DNA from: an uncultured Candidatus Saccharibacteria bacterium
GTDB lineage: Bacteria > Patescibacteriota > UBA1384 > XYA2-FULL-43-10 > 1-14-0-10-43-13
Reading direction: 5' to 3'
Length of the DNA stretch: 64,000 bases
Assembly (NCBI GenBank): GCA_964628585.1
Contig: CAZVMH010000001.1
Coordinates: 210 to 64,209, forward strand
The notes under the pieces were generated by a model that worked only from the letters and a program-made list of their open reading frames with translations, did not search any database and was not told the DNA's origin. This document shows, in pieces, positions 1 to 8,731 of the stretch. The position numbers were made by a program, and so were the translations under genes. Position 1 is the first letter of the stretch; every line of letters starts with the position of its first letter.

Positions 1-41
1 AAAATTAAAACTGAATTTACCAATGTTATGGAGGGGATAAA

Positions 42-1247
42 ATGAAATTATCAACTGTTTTTTTCATAGCAATCACAAATTTTTGGTCTAGGCGATTGAG
101 GGCAATTCTAACAGTTTTAGCCGTTACAATAGGAATTGGAGCAATTATATTTTTGGTTTCATTGGGCTATGGCTTAGAGCGTCTTGTCACTTCACAAGTT
201 GCAAACTTTGATGCCTTTACCGTAATAGATGTACCCTCTGCCAACCTGAAAGTTCAAAAAATAAATGATGAAACACTTTCAGTTATTACAAACACCAGTC
301 ATGTCCAAAAAATTGCGACTACTATTAATATGGCAGGCAGACTGAAACTTGCAGAAACAGCCGCTACAACTGAAAGCTTGGTTCAATCCTGTGATTCAGA
401 GTACTTGAAAATGGCTGGTATAAGCATCAAGGAAGGACGATGGTATGAAGACAGCAAAAGCGAAATTGTTATTAATACAGTTCTTAGAAATTTACTTTTT
501 AAAGAAAACGAAGTCATAATAGGCAAAAAGATTGTGGCAGATATTAACTTGGAAGAAAGTTTAAGGGCGACAGACTTACAAGATGGTTCTATTGTAAAAT
601 CTCTTTCTGAAATGACGATAGTTGGATTTGTTGAAGACGAATCAAGTCCGATAGCATATATTCCTCAAAATACAATGAAAGATATTGGTGCTGTAAACTA
701 CACCTCTTTAAAAGTGAAAATTGATGACAAGGAAAACGCTGAGATAGTAAGAAAAGCAATCGAGAATTTAGGTTATTCTACAGAGTATGTCGGTGATACG
801 GTTAAACAAATCGTACAAATTTTTAGTTATTTCAGAATTCTTTTGGGTGCTTTTGGCTTAATAGCCTTGGTTGTTGCTGCACTCGGTACTTTCAACACTC
901 TTACAATTTCATTATTAGAGAGAATTCGAGAGGTTGGATTGATGAAAATAATGGGTATGAATTCTCGAGATATTTATTTTCTTTTTATGTCAGAAAGCGT
1001 ATTTATTGGTTTTGTTGGGGGAATTATGGGTGCGCTACTTGGGCAATTATTGGGAATTATTATTAATTTTATACTTGCCATGTTTGCTAATAAGGCTGGC
1101 GTTGATCCTTTGTCAATTTTTTATACCCCGTGGACGTTTCCTGTTTACATCGGAATATTTTCCTTAGTGGTAAGCTTTTTAACTGGTTGGTATCCCGCTA
1201 GACGCGCTGTAAAGGTAGATGCTCTCGATGCTATAAGATATGAGTAA
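42..1247 (+). CDS. ABC transporter permease, FtsX/MacB-like (paralog A)
   Basis: 401 aa. N-terminal TM helix, a large extracytoplasmic domain, then a C-terminal 3-TM FtsX-type bundle ending '...TGWYPARRAVKVDALDAIRYE'. GGAGGGG Shine-Dalgarno 6 nt upstream. The partner ATPase would lie upstream of the window. About 60% identical to 12062..13264. Confidence 0.8.
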   Translation: MKLSTVFFIAITNFWSRRLRAILTVLAVTIGIGAIIFLVSLGYGLERLVTSQVANFDAFTVIDVPSANLKVQKINDETLSVITNTSHVQKIATTINMAGRLKLAETAATTESLVQSCDSEYLKMAGISIKEGRWYEDSKSEIVINTVLRNLLFKENEVIIGKKIVADINLEESLRATDLQDGSIVKSLSEMTIVGFVEDESSPIAYIPQNTMKDIGAVNYTSLKVKIDDKENAEIVRKAIENLGYSTEYVGDTVKQIVQIFSYFRILLGAFGLIALVVAALGTFNTLTISLLERIREVGLMKIMGMNSRDIYFLFMSESVFIGFVGGIMGALLGQLLGIIINFILAMFANKAGVDPLSIFYTPWTFPVYIGIFSLVVSFLTGWYPARRAVKVDALDAIRYE

Positions 1248-1374
1248 TTTATTTATGTTAAGATAGTCAGGTTTTTAGAAGCACTAACCACTTTTTTTAG
1301 AAATAACTTCGAGGAAAATTTAACATACACCACCATTCGATTCGTTATTTCGTTCTTCACTTATTGTAAGTTCA

Positions 1375-1410
1375 TAAAAAACCACCTGTAGGAAAGGTGA
1401 TTTTTTATTT
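1375..1410. terminator. Bidirectional rho-independent terminator (A-run / CACCTgtaggaaAGGTG / T-run)
   Basis: Hairpin at 1383-1399 flanked by AAAAA on one side and TTTTTT on the other. It lies between the convergent FtsX (+) and YtxH-like (-) genes. Confidence 0.55.
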
Positions 1411-1425
1411 AGTTTGAATATCGGG

Positions 1426-1746
1426 CTACTTTTTAATGATCTTTTTGACTTGTGCAAAATTTTTATCGAGCTTTGTCTTGATATCTTTGGCATCTTTGGG
1501 CGTAATCTTTTTCTCTAGCTCGTAGACATTAACGATTTTTTCTACAATTTGGCTGTAGGTTTTCTTGCTAACTTCACCAGCTTTGGCTAACTCCTCGGCG
1601 ATTTTATCTTTCATCTCATGAATGTAGCTAGTAATGTCGGCTCTAGTCTCTTCGCCAGATTTTGGTGCTAACAAAATTCCTGCAATCGCACCCGCCAAAA
1701 CGCCGACCGATGCTCCTATCATAATACCCTTACTTTGCTTGTCCAT
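1426..1746 (-). CDS. YtxH-like protein (N-terminal TM helix plus charged coiled-coil tail)
   Basis: 106 aa. 'GIMIGASVGVLAGAIAGILLAPKSGEETR' is the typical YtxH N-terminus. Confidence 0.65.
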   Translation of the reverse strand: MDKQSKGIMIGASVGVLAGAIAGILLAPKSGEETRADITSYIHEMKDKIAEELAKAGEVSKKTYSQIVEKIVNVYELEKKITPKDAKDIKTKLDKNFAQVKKIIKK

Positions 1747-2047
1747 TTTTAGATCCTTTCGAATTATTCTTAATAAGTTGTATGATTTCTGTTACGATAC
1801 GGCGAACGAAATCAAAGGTAAAAATACTGTTTTTAAATGATTCTAATGATTTAATAGTTTTTTCAACAAATTCTTTAGCATCATTTGAGGTGGTTTTAGC
1901 TGTTTCTAAAACTTCCCCAAGTTGTTTTGTTAATTTGCCAAGTTGATTTTGAAGCATTATCGACCAGACAAATAAAACAATCATATAGATTGTAGCTACG
2001 ATACAGAAAACACTTACTGAAATTTGAAAAAATGCATTCAAGGTCAT
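1730..2047 (-). CDS. DUF948 (YtxG-like) membrane protein
   Basis: 105 aa. Single N-terminal TM followed by a coiled-coil. It overlaps the YtxH-like gene by 17 nt, matching the Bacillus ytxG-ytxH adjacency (established family pairing). Confidence 0.5.
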   Translation of the reverse strand: MTLNAFFQISVSVFCIVATIYMIVLFVWSIMLQNQLGKLTKQLGEVLETAKTTSNDAKEFVEKTIKSLESFKNSIFTFDFVRRIVTEIIQLIKNNSKGSKNGQAK

Positions 2048-2123
2048 TCTATCTCCTTTTTATTCATTATATCATAAGACAAGATCAAAAATTTAGATTA
2101 CAGGGGTATTTTAGCTTTTTGCT

Positions 2124-2354
2124 CTAACTAGGATTTTTAATAATTGTAATAATATCGTGAAAGTAACGTCCTATAAAACCATTACCATCAACACGGCCAA
2201 GAATATAGATTAAAACGGCAGCCAATATGGCCGAACCGATAAAAAAGCCAAGACCATAGACAACACCACGACAAAAATTCCACCAAAGGCTTGATAGCTT
2301 TTTTTCGTATTTTACTAACTGTTTAACCAGTCTTGAAAATTCTTCTTCAGTCAT
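2124..2354 (-). CDS. Small hypothetical membrane protein
   Basis: 76 aa with one clear TM segment (GLGFFIGSAILAAVLIYIL). Confidence 0.4.
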   Translation of the reverse strand: MTEEEFSRLVKQLVKYEKKLSSLWWNFCRGVVYGLGFFIGSAILAAVLIYILGRVDGNGFIGRYFHDIITIIKNPS

Positions 2355-2409
2355 TAATTATATTATAACAGAACAAAATATTTATTAAAATAATTTATTT
2401 TAATAAGAC

Positions 2410-2439
2410 TTGACAAAATGTAAAGTTTTCTTTACATTT
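2410..2439 (+). promoter_or_regulatory. Promoter (TTGACA-17-TACATT) with an embedded perfect palindromic operator AAATGTAAAG-tttt-CTTTACATTT
   Basis: The -35 TTGACA is at 2410-2415. The palindrome arms are at 2416-2425 and 2430-2439 and are exact reverse complements. The -10-like TACATT is at 2433-2438. The ATG at 2445 sits only 6 nt after the -10 with no Shine-Dalgarno, which implies a leaderless transcript. Confidence 0.55.
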
Positions 2440-2444
2440 ATTCT

Positions 2445-3185
2445 ATGGACAATAATGAAGAATTCTCAATTATAATTCGATTACGAGATTTAAGAAAACA
2501 ACATAGCATGAGTCAAGAAGAACTTGCTGAAGCTCTCGGTATTTCTCGTCAATCCATAATTTCTCTAGAACAGGGAAAATTTTTACCATCACTACCCCTT
2601 ATTCTTTCGATGTGTAAATTTTTCAATTCTGATCTAGATGAATTATTGGAGTTGCCATACAAAACACAAGAAGATAAAAATGAGAAGAAAATAATTTTTA
2701 AACACTCCGACCAAACAACGGAGAGAAAGGAGCGCAATATGCCACAAGAAATTGAACCATGGAGACCTTTTCGAGAAATGGTCTCACTACGAGATGCTAT
2801 GGACAGATTGTTTGAAGATAGCGTCATAACACCAAAGGGAACTGTTGTTATGCCAAAAATTGACATTAAAGACACAAAAAGTCATTTAATAGTCAAAGCC
2901 GAACTTCCTGGCTTAAAGGAAGATGAAATTGATATTGAAATTGCAGACGGAGTAGTGACAATTTCAGGGCGCAGAGAAGAAGAGAAAGAAACAGAAGGCG
3001 AAGGATATTTTCATAAAGAGAGTCATTCTGGTGAATTTAGTCGAAGTTTCTCGCTTCCCTCAGAAGTGATCGCTGATAAGGCCGAAGCAGACATGAAAGA
3101 TGGAGTCTTGGCAATCAAGCTTCCCAAGGTAGAGCCAAAGAAGGCTACCAAAGTTAAACTAGGCAAAGGACAGAACAAAAAATAA
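2445..3185 (+). CDS. HTH_XRE DNA-binding domain fused in-frame to an Hsp20/alpha-crystallin small heat-shock protein
   Basis: 246 aa. Residues ~8-66 form a Cro/C1-type HTH ('SQEELAEALGISRQSIISLEQGK'). Residues 99-246 form a canonical sHSP ('MPQEIEPWRPFREMVSLRDAMDRLFED...' N-region followed by the ACD 'LIVKAELPGLKEDEIDIEIADGVVTISGRRE...'). No stop separates the two parts. The internal ATG at 2739 has a strong Shine-Dalgarno GGAGAGAAAGGAG 7 nt upstream, so a separate sHSP product is also possible. Confidence 0.75.
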   Translation: MDNNEEFSIIIRLRDLRKQHSMSQEELAEALGISRQSIISLEQGKFLPSLPLILSMCKFFNSDLDELLELPYKTQEDKNEKKIIFKHSDQTTERKERNMPQEIEPWRPFREMVSLRDAMDRLFEDSVITPKGTVVMPKIDIKDTKSHLIVKAELPGLKEDEIDIEIADGVVTISGRREEEKETEGEGYFHKESHSGEFSRSFSLPSEVIADKAEADMKDGVLAIKLPKVEPKKATKVKLGKGQNKK

Positions 3186-3198
3186 ATTAGATCATCCT

Positions 3199-3229
3199 AA
3201 AAAAGCCCCCAGCAATGGAGGCTTTTTTA
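3199..3229 (+). terminator. Rho-independent terminator after the HTH-Hsp20 gene
   Basis: AAAAAAGCCCCCAGCAATGGAGGCTTTTTT. Imperfect GC stem plus a T6 run. Confidence 0.5.
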
Positions 3230-3249
3230 CTTGTTGCAAAGATAGGTAT

Positions 3250-6200
3250 GTGGTATATTTAAATAAAATTGCTAGGAGGGCAATGATTAAAAAAAATCGA
3301 ACATTAAAGTTTAAGGCAAAATTTCCAAAGATAAAAAAAAGAACTTTCAAGATATCGGTTTTGGTTATCTTTTTGTCGTGTCTATCAGTTGGTGTTTATT
3401 TTATACGCTACAAAGCGGATATTGTTTCAGATCTCACAAATTTAGATAAAGTCCATACCGTGTTGACTGATGGCAAAAAAGCAACTTCTCTCCTTGATTC
3501 CGATGCTTGGGTCAATTTTACAAAAGATGCGAACGATTTAGGCACGCGGGAAAAGTTGGCTGCAGATCAGCTATCACCATATGGGATAGCTAGCATACAT
3601 CAGGGAGATGATCTCGGCGATCTTATATCCTTACCAGACACAAGAAAGTCACTTTACGAGGCAAATATTCGCACATTGAAATACCCCTTTTCTGCGGGAA
3701 CAATTGAAAGTTCATCCAATGAATATGAGTTGAAGCAAGGTCAATATGACGAAATTGATGATCTCTATAATGATGGCTTTAATTTTATCGGCGATGTTCA
3801 CCTTGGCGGCATTATTGATCCCAAATTGAAAGAAAGATTTCTTGGATACAGACAAGGTTATAACGTCTTGTCTCTCCCTTATATTGATGAGAATGACGGG
3901 CAACTTGGTGAATCATTAAATTTTCCTTCTAATACAGCAAAACTTTCTAAAATTGATGAAAATCATCCGCTTTTGACTAAAAAGCAATACAATAATCAAA
4001 ATAATTTGCACTTGGTTGATCCGGCCATTCCTCTTCAATCCTACAGCGAAACGTTGCCAATATCAGACACCCGTTGTTGTTTTCTTCAACACATTATCAA
4101 GCCGGGAGCAGAAAAGGTTTATATATCTCTTGAAGGATCAGATACCAATTTTATTCAAATTAATCGTTATGATCCGACAACACTGGAAGATGGCAAAATT
4201 TACTATGAGTTGGTAAATGAAAATGAAGTGACTCTCCCTAGAGTTAGATTTCAAGGGACTCCAGCCAAATTAAAAATTGAATATCAAGGATGGGATAGTG
4301 AAAATTCTTTATACTTAAAAGACATTGATTATTCAGTGGATGTTTTGTCTGGCATAATAACCAAAGAAAACAACTCTTTTTCTACACCTTATATAAATGA
4401 TAAATTTGATGGGACTGCGCTTGATTCTAGCTGGAAGACCATGAATAATCCTCAAAACATTTCAGTTAGTAACGGCAAGCTTTCTTATAACGGGACGCAA
4501 ACTGCGAATTTTGGTGAAAACATTTATCAAGAATTAAACGGAAATGGAAATTTTATTGCCTCTATCAAAAGAACTGATTATGCTCCTCATTTAACCGTAT
4601 ATCAGGACAATTTAAACTGGGTGAGCTATAATGGGAAATCGCTAACACAGATGGTAAATGGTGTTGTAAATTATTCAGAAATAAGTACCTTTGAACATTA
4701 CAATAAACCCAATTGGATAAACGTTAAAAAGGTTGGTGACAGCTATACCTTTTACGGGGGCGATGAAAATAATGCAAGAATTGACAATGATGTTTTTTAT
4801 TTTTCTTCTACTAGGGCTTTTATCGGAAACGGTTATGCAAACAAAGCTAGTATTACAGATCAAACGGCTAAAATTCAATTGCTCAATGCGGCAAATCTTA
4901 AAGTGGGTATTTCTGGCACGAATTACCCAACAGACATTGTTGTTGAGGAATTCGTTTTAAGACCTGGCCTCACATTGTCTACAGCCGTAGAAGCATACTA
5001 CAACTATTTCTATTATGACAAATTCAACAAATACGCTAAGGATCTCGCTTCAAAGTACAAAGATATTATTTACTATTGGGAAATAACCGGCCTGCCATAT
5101 ACTACAGCTAGGGGGGGATATGAAATGAGCACTTTCAAGCAAAATGACTCTTATTGGTTGGGGGATTATGCTATCGCGTCAAGCTCTATAGCAAATAAAT
5201 TTAGAGATTCAATAAAACTTGGTAATGGAGACGCGAAAATTATCGGTAACTTTTCAGAATATCCTCCAGCATTACAAGCGGCTTATTATGGCTTAGCAAA
5301 AACTAGGGGATGGCAACAATTTGATATTAATTACGAGCAGGCAATTTCAAATTATGCTTATTCTTTCTATGCCGGTAGTTCCACGGTGGTTGATTTTAAT
5401 ACAATATTTAAGCCTTTCATAGATAATGACAATGTGCTATCAGGCTATGGTTTTGAGAAAAAACCTTACATCGATACTAAATATGGAGTTGGCAATACAT
5501 TTGCTCGATTATATAGTGATTATCAAGGATTATCCGATCAACATACTCAAAATGTTATGTTCGGCAAAAAAGTTAATTCAATTAGCAATATAATAAATGA
5601 AATCACCTGGGATATTTTTGAACATCCCTTATTGAGTTGCGCAAAATATTCAAAACGAAAAGTGAATCTTGAAAGACGCAATAATAAAGTTGTAATGACG
5701 GGTTATGAAGACGGATTCACCTGCGGAGATTTCACTACTAATTTGTCTAAGGGCGAACGTATTGTCCTTTCTGAGGCGAGTGATGAGTCTTTCAACGGCG
5801 AATTTGTTTTAACTGAATCAGGCGCAAGAGAATGGGATCCAAAAACTTATGAGCAAGAAGGTAATGATGCAGATGCAGTTGCGTATGTCGAAAATCCGGC
5901 AAAGGAAGCATCATTGCTTTCAGTTGCTAAAAACATTGGAAAAAATAAAGGCATAATTTTAGATCTTGGAGACCGGGTGGATTATATTTTTGGAACCGAT
6001 CCGGATCCGGCCAAAACAAAAAAAAGTGTTAAAAAAATCCAAATTAGCGCAAAAAATATCTCGAATATATCAAAAATTAAAGTCAAAAGTTCCCTCACTA
6101 ACACAGATAATAATTTAGATAACTCCGGTGGTTCATTAATGCAATTCACTCGCCCTGCAAAACCTGGCGACAGTACTGGCGTATTCTCTTTACCAAATTT

Positions 6201-8097
6201 CCCTGTTTATTTTGACGCCACATCTCCTAATTTCAAGGAGGAGTCAATTCTACTTACCGGCATCTCAAAAACCCAATATAAAGTCGAAGGAACTCTATCG
6301 GGAGATCAAGGGACAGCAACACAAGGGGTGCCATTTGTAAGTAATAATGGTGTGATCTCAATGACAATTCCAACGCCTGATAAATGGGGCGCCCCCGATA
6401 TTGATGTTGGCGATACTCTTTGGGCTCACTTATTTAAGGGGGACGGCTATAAAGATGTTACTGAATGGAATAATTCTGGACAATCTGGATTGGGGAATAT
6501 TGTTATCGAATTGCCGGAAGCTATTGAAACTAGGTATTTGCAATTTGAATTTTATAAGTCCGACGGCGCTGATTCCTTTTCACTCGATGAAATCGAAGTT
6601 TTTGATGGCGCCGGATCAAATATTTCTACAAATAAGTTATACCTTGCTGAGGGAGCCATTTCCCAGCCATCTTTGTTCTCAAGTGATAACGCTGTTCCAG
6701 AAATAATTATGATCTCTCCATCAGAAAAGGGAGGAGTAATTCAGGGGCCAATTTCTAGCACTGAATTGCGTTATAGCGTCGATGGAATTGAAAAAACCAA
6801 AAGCATTAGAGTTGCAAAGGGTAATAATAAGTACACTCTGAAAGCAAGAGATAAAGCAGGCAACACATCTGAAAAGGTAATCGAATTTTTTGTATCCTCA
6901 TTGCCTCCGATTGAGGTGAATATTATTGCGCCAATAGAGGGAGGAACTGTTTATAGGGATAAAATAAAGATTTTATATTCAGCAGACGGCGAATTAAAGC
7001 AAAAGGATGCAACTTTAGTGCTCGGATCAAATAAAATTGAGGTTGAAGAAAAAAATGCTGAGGGATACGTAACCAAAAAAGAAGTCAATGTGAACTATGA
7101 AGCACCAGCTCAAGCTCCTTTGGTCGAAAATGAATATCCTGTTAACAACTCAACTTTGTATATAAGCCAAGAAGAAAGCGATTATGTTGCCAATATCTTA
7201 TACGAAGTGGATGGTTTTACCGTTCTGCTAAAAGATCAAAAGTTGAAAATCGGAGAAAATTTAATTCCAATAACTGAAACTAATTCAATTGGTACAACAT
7301 CATTTAATCTTAAGTACAACGTAGTCCAACTGTCAACGCCAACTATCTATATCGAATCACCAGTCGATAATTTTCGAACAAAGGAAGACTCAATTGAAGT
7401 TGTATACTATGTTGATGGCGCTAGATACTTAAAAACATTCGGTTTAAATTATGGAGATAATAGATTAACGGTTTATGGATACAATAGATTTTACAGTGTA
7501 TCCGCTTCAATTAATGTGGGCAGGGATGAAACGATTGTTCCCCCAAGCCAATCATTTGCTTCCGGATGGAATATGGTTACCTTCCCAATGATTGACGAAT
7601 CTTCACTCGGGTCAATCTTGCCAAGTACTTTTAAAGTCAGAAGATTCAACTCTTCTTCCAACAAATATGACAAGGCAGAAGAAGTGGAAGTGAAACCGAT
7701 TCCAGGTCAGGGCTATTGGATGAAAATCGACGATATCGCAAAAATTGATAGTGTAAAATACAAATCTACGTCGGCCACTTCAACTTCAGTCCCTGTCGCT
7801 AAGGGTTGGAATTTACTCGGAAATCCATTTTTATCTGATCTGCAAATTGCTAATTTGAACATTCGATACAAAAATGGATCTGTAAAAAGCTTTGCCGATG
7901 CAGTAAAGAGTAAGGACATTGCCGGCTACGCTTGGAGTTGGGAAGGAACTGCCAATCCAAAGCAGTATTATTTTATCTCGAATGATCCCAACCGTTATAA
8001 AACAAGTGCGCACAAGCAGACCTTCATATCTTCATATAGAGGGTTCTGGATTGTCATAAAGAAAGATGAAGTAGCAGAAGTCATTATTAATCAATAA
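3250..8097 (+). CDS. Giant cell-surface protein (1615 aa), N-terminal membrane anchor, with a possible discoidin/F5/8-type-C-like segment
   Basis: One uninterrupted ORF. Basic N-terminus plus TM (ISVLVIFLSCLSVGVYFI). The rest is a low-complexity beta-rich Asn/Thr/Ser/Gly-rich extracellular sequence. 'TRYLQFEFYKSDGADSFSLDEIEVFDG' resembles a discoidin-domain C-terminus. An alternative start exists at 3283 (MIKKNR). Confidence 0.7.
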   Translation: MVYLNKIARRAMIKKNRTLKFKAKFPKIKKRTFKISVLVIFLSCLSVGVYFIRYKADIVSDLTNLDKVHTVLTDGKKATSLLDSDAWVNFTKDANDLGTREKLAADQLSPYGIASIHQGDDLGDLISLPDTRKSLYEANIRTLKYPFSAGTIESSSNEYELKQGQYDEIDDLYNDGFNFIGDVHLGGIIDPKLKERFLGYRQGYNVLSLPYIDENDGQLGESLNFPSNTAKLSKIDENHPLLTKKQYNNQNNLHLVDPAIPLQSYSETLPISDTRCCFLQHIIKPGAEKVYISLEGSDTNFIQINRYDPTTLEDGKIYYELVNENEVTLPRVRFQGTPAKLKIEYQGWDSENSLYLKDIDYSVDVLSGIITKENNSFSTPYINDKFDGTALDSSWKTMNNPQNISVSNGKLSYNGTQTANFGENIYQELNGNGNFIASIKRTDYAPHLTVYQDNLNWVSYNGKSLTQMVNGVVNYSEISTFEHYNKPNWINVKKVGDSYTFYGGDENNARIDNDVFYFSSTRAFIGNGYANKASITDQTAKIQLLNAANLKVGISGTNYPTDIVVEEFVLRPGLTLSTAVEAYYNYFYYDKFNKYAKDLASKYKDIIYYWEITGLPYTTARGGYEMSTFKQNDSYWLGDYAIASSSIANKFRDSIKLGNGDAKIIGNFSEYPPALQAAYYGLAKTRGWQQFDINYEQAISNYAYSFYAGSSTVVDFNTIFKPFIDNDNVLSGYGFEKKPYIDTKYGVGNTFARLYSDYQGLSDQHTQNVMFGKKVNSISNIINEITWDIFEHPLLSCAKYSKRKVNLERRNNKVVMTGYEDGFTCGDFTTNLSKGERIVLSEASDESFNGEFVLTESGAREWDPKTYEQEGNDADAVAYVENPAKEASLLSVAKNIGKNKGIILDLGDRVDYIFGTDPDPAKTKKSVKKIQISAKNISNISKIKVKSSLTNTDNNLDNSGGSLMQFTRPAKPGDSTGVFSLPNFPVYFDATSPNFKEESILLTGISKTQYKVEGTLSGDQGTATQGVPFVSNNGVISMTIPTPDKWGAPDIDVGDTLWAHLFKGDGYKDVTEWNNSGQSGLGNIVIELPEAIETRYLQFEFYKSDGADSFSLDEIEVFDGAGSNISTNKLYLAEGAISQPSLFSSDNAVPEIIMISPSEKGGVIQGPISSTELRYSVDGIEKTKSIRVAKGNNKYTLKARDKAGNTSEKVIEFFVSSLPPIEVNIIAPIEGGTVYRDKIKILYSADGELKQKDATLVLGSNKIEVEEKNAEGYVTKKEVNVNYEAPAQAPLVENEYPVNNSTLYISQEESDYVANILYEVDGFTVLLKDQKLKIGENLIPITETNSIGTTSFNLKYNVVQLSTPTIYIESPVDNFRTKEDSIEVVYYVDGARYLKTFGLNYGDNRLTVYGYNRFYSVSASINVGRDETIVPPSQSFASGWNMVTFPMIDESSLGSILPSTFKVRRFNSSSNKYDKAEEVEVKPIPGQGYWMKIDDIAKIDSVKYKSTSATSTSVPVAKGWNLLGNPFLSDLQIANLNIRYKNGSVKSFADAVKSKDIAGYAWSWEGTANPKQYYFISNDPNRYKTSAHKQTFISSYRGFWIVIKKDEVAEVIINQ

Positions 8098-8108
8098 GAA
8101 AGGACATC

Positions 8109-8528
8109 ATGGATAACATCAACAATACTCCCAGTCAGGGTATGATTGCAGAAACACCGCCACCGAAGCCAGTTAATTTACCGCCAATATCTGAAGATAA
8201 GGACTTCATATCTACTAACACTATAGATAAAAAACCTTTCTATAAGAATAAACAAGTTTTAATATATATTGTTTTGGCTGTCATAATACTTGGTTTTGCT
8301 GTATCCTTTGCTAAATATTATCAACTTTATAGAAAAGAACATGCCATAGTATTAAACAAATCTAATTGTGATAAATGTCAGGAAGTAGAACCCTGCCCGG
8401 AATGTTCTGCTTGTGAAGCACCGGTGGCTGCAACTCCTAGCCCATCGACTAGCACTAAAAAAACAACTAAACAGGCTTCATCCAGTCAAGAAGCAGTATT
8501 GGCTCCGCCTGCTCCACCATCGGATTAG
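8109..8528 (+). CDS. Hypothetical membrane-anchored Cys-rich protein
   Basis: 139 aa. TM segment (VLIYIVLAVIILGFAVSFA), then 'CDKCQEVEPCPECSACEAP' and a Pro/Ser-rich tail. Starts 11 nt after the giant protein, so probably co-transcribed. Confidence 0.5.
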   Translation: MDNINNTPSQGMIAETPPPKPVNLPPISEDKDFISTNTIDKKPFYKNKQVLIYIVLAVIILGFAVSFAKYYQLYRKEHAIVLNKSNCDKCQEVEPCPECSACEAPVAATPSPSTSTKKTTKQASSSQEAVLAPPAPPSD

Positions 8529-8556
8529 ACACAAAAAAACGACCACAAATTCTAAA

Positions 8557-8633
8557 TGGTGCGCCCAAGGGGGCTCGAACCTCTGACCTCTACAATGTCA
8601 ATGTAGCGCTCTAACCAGCTGAGCTATGGGCGC
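8557..8633 (-). tRNA. tRNA-Val (anticodon GAC)
   Basis: Reverse complement reads GCGCCCATAGCTCAGCTGGTTAGAGCGCTACATTGACATTGTAGAGGTCAGAGGTTCGAGCCCCCTTGGGCGCACCA. 7-bp acceptor stem, D arm GCTC/GAGC, anticodon loop TTGACAT, T loop TTCGAGC, CCA encoded. One A-C mismatch in the T stem. Confidence 0.85.
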
Positions 8634-8731
8634 ATATATTAACCCAATATTATCAAGTTTAGAGTCCTAAATCAATTCAATATCTAATTATAGGTGTTAG
8701 TAATTACGCTTGTTTATGATAATATTTTCAT

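Noticed and set aside
2549-2875. 108-aa ORF on the minus strand
   Set aside because: Fully antisense to the HTH-Hsp20 gene, which has clear domain homology.
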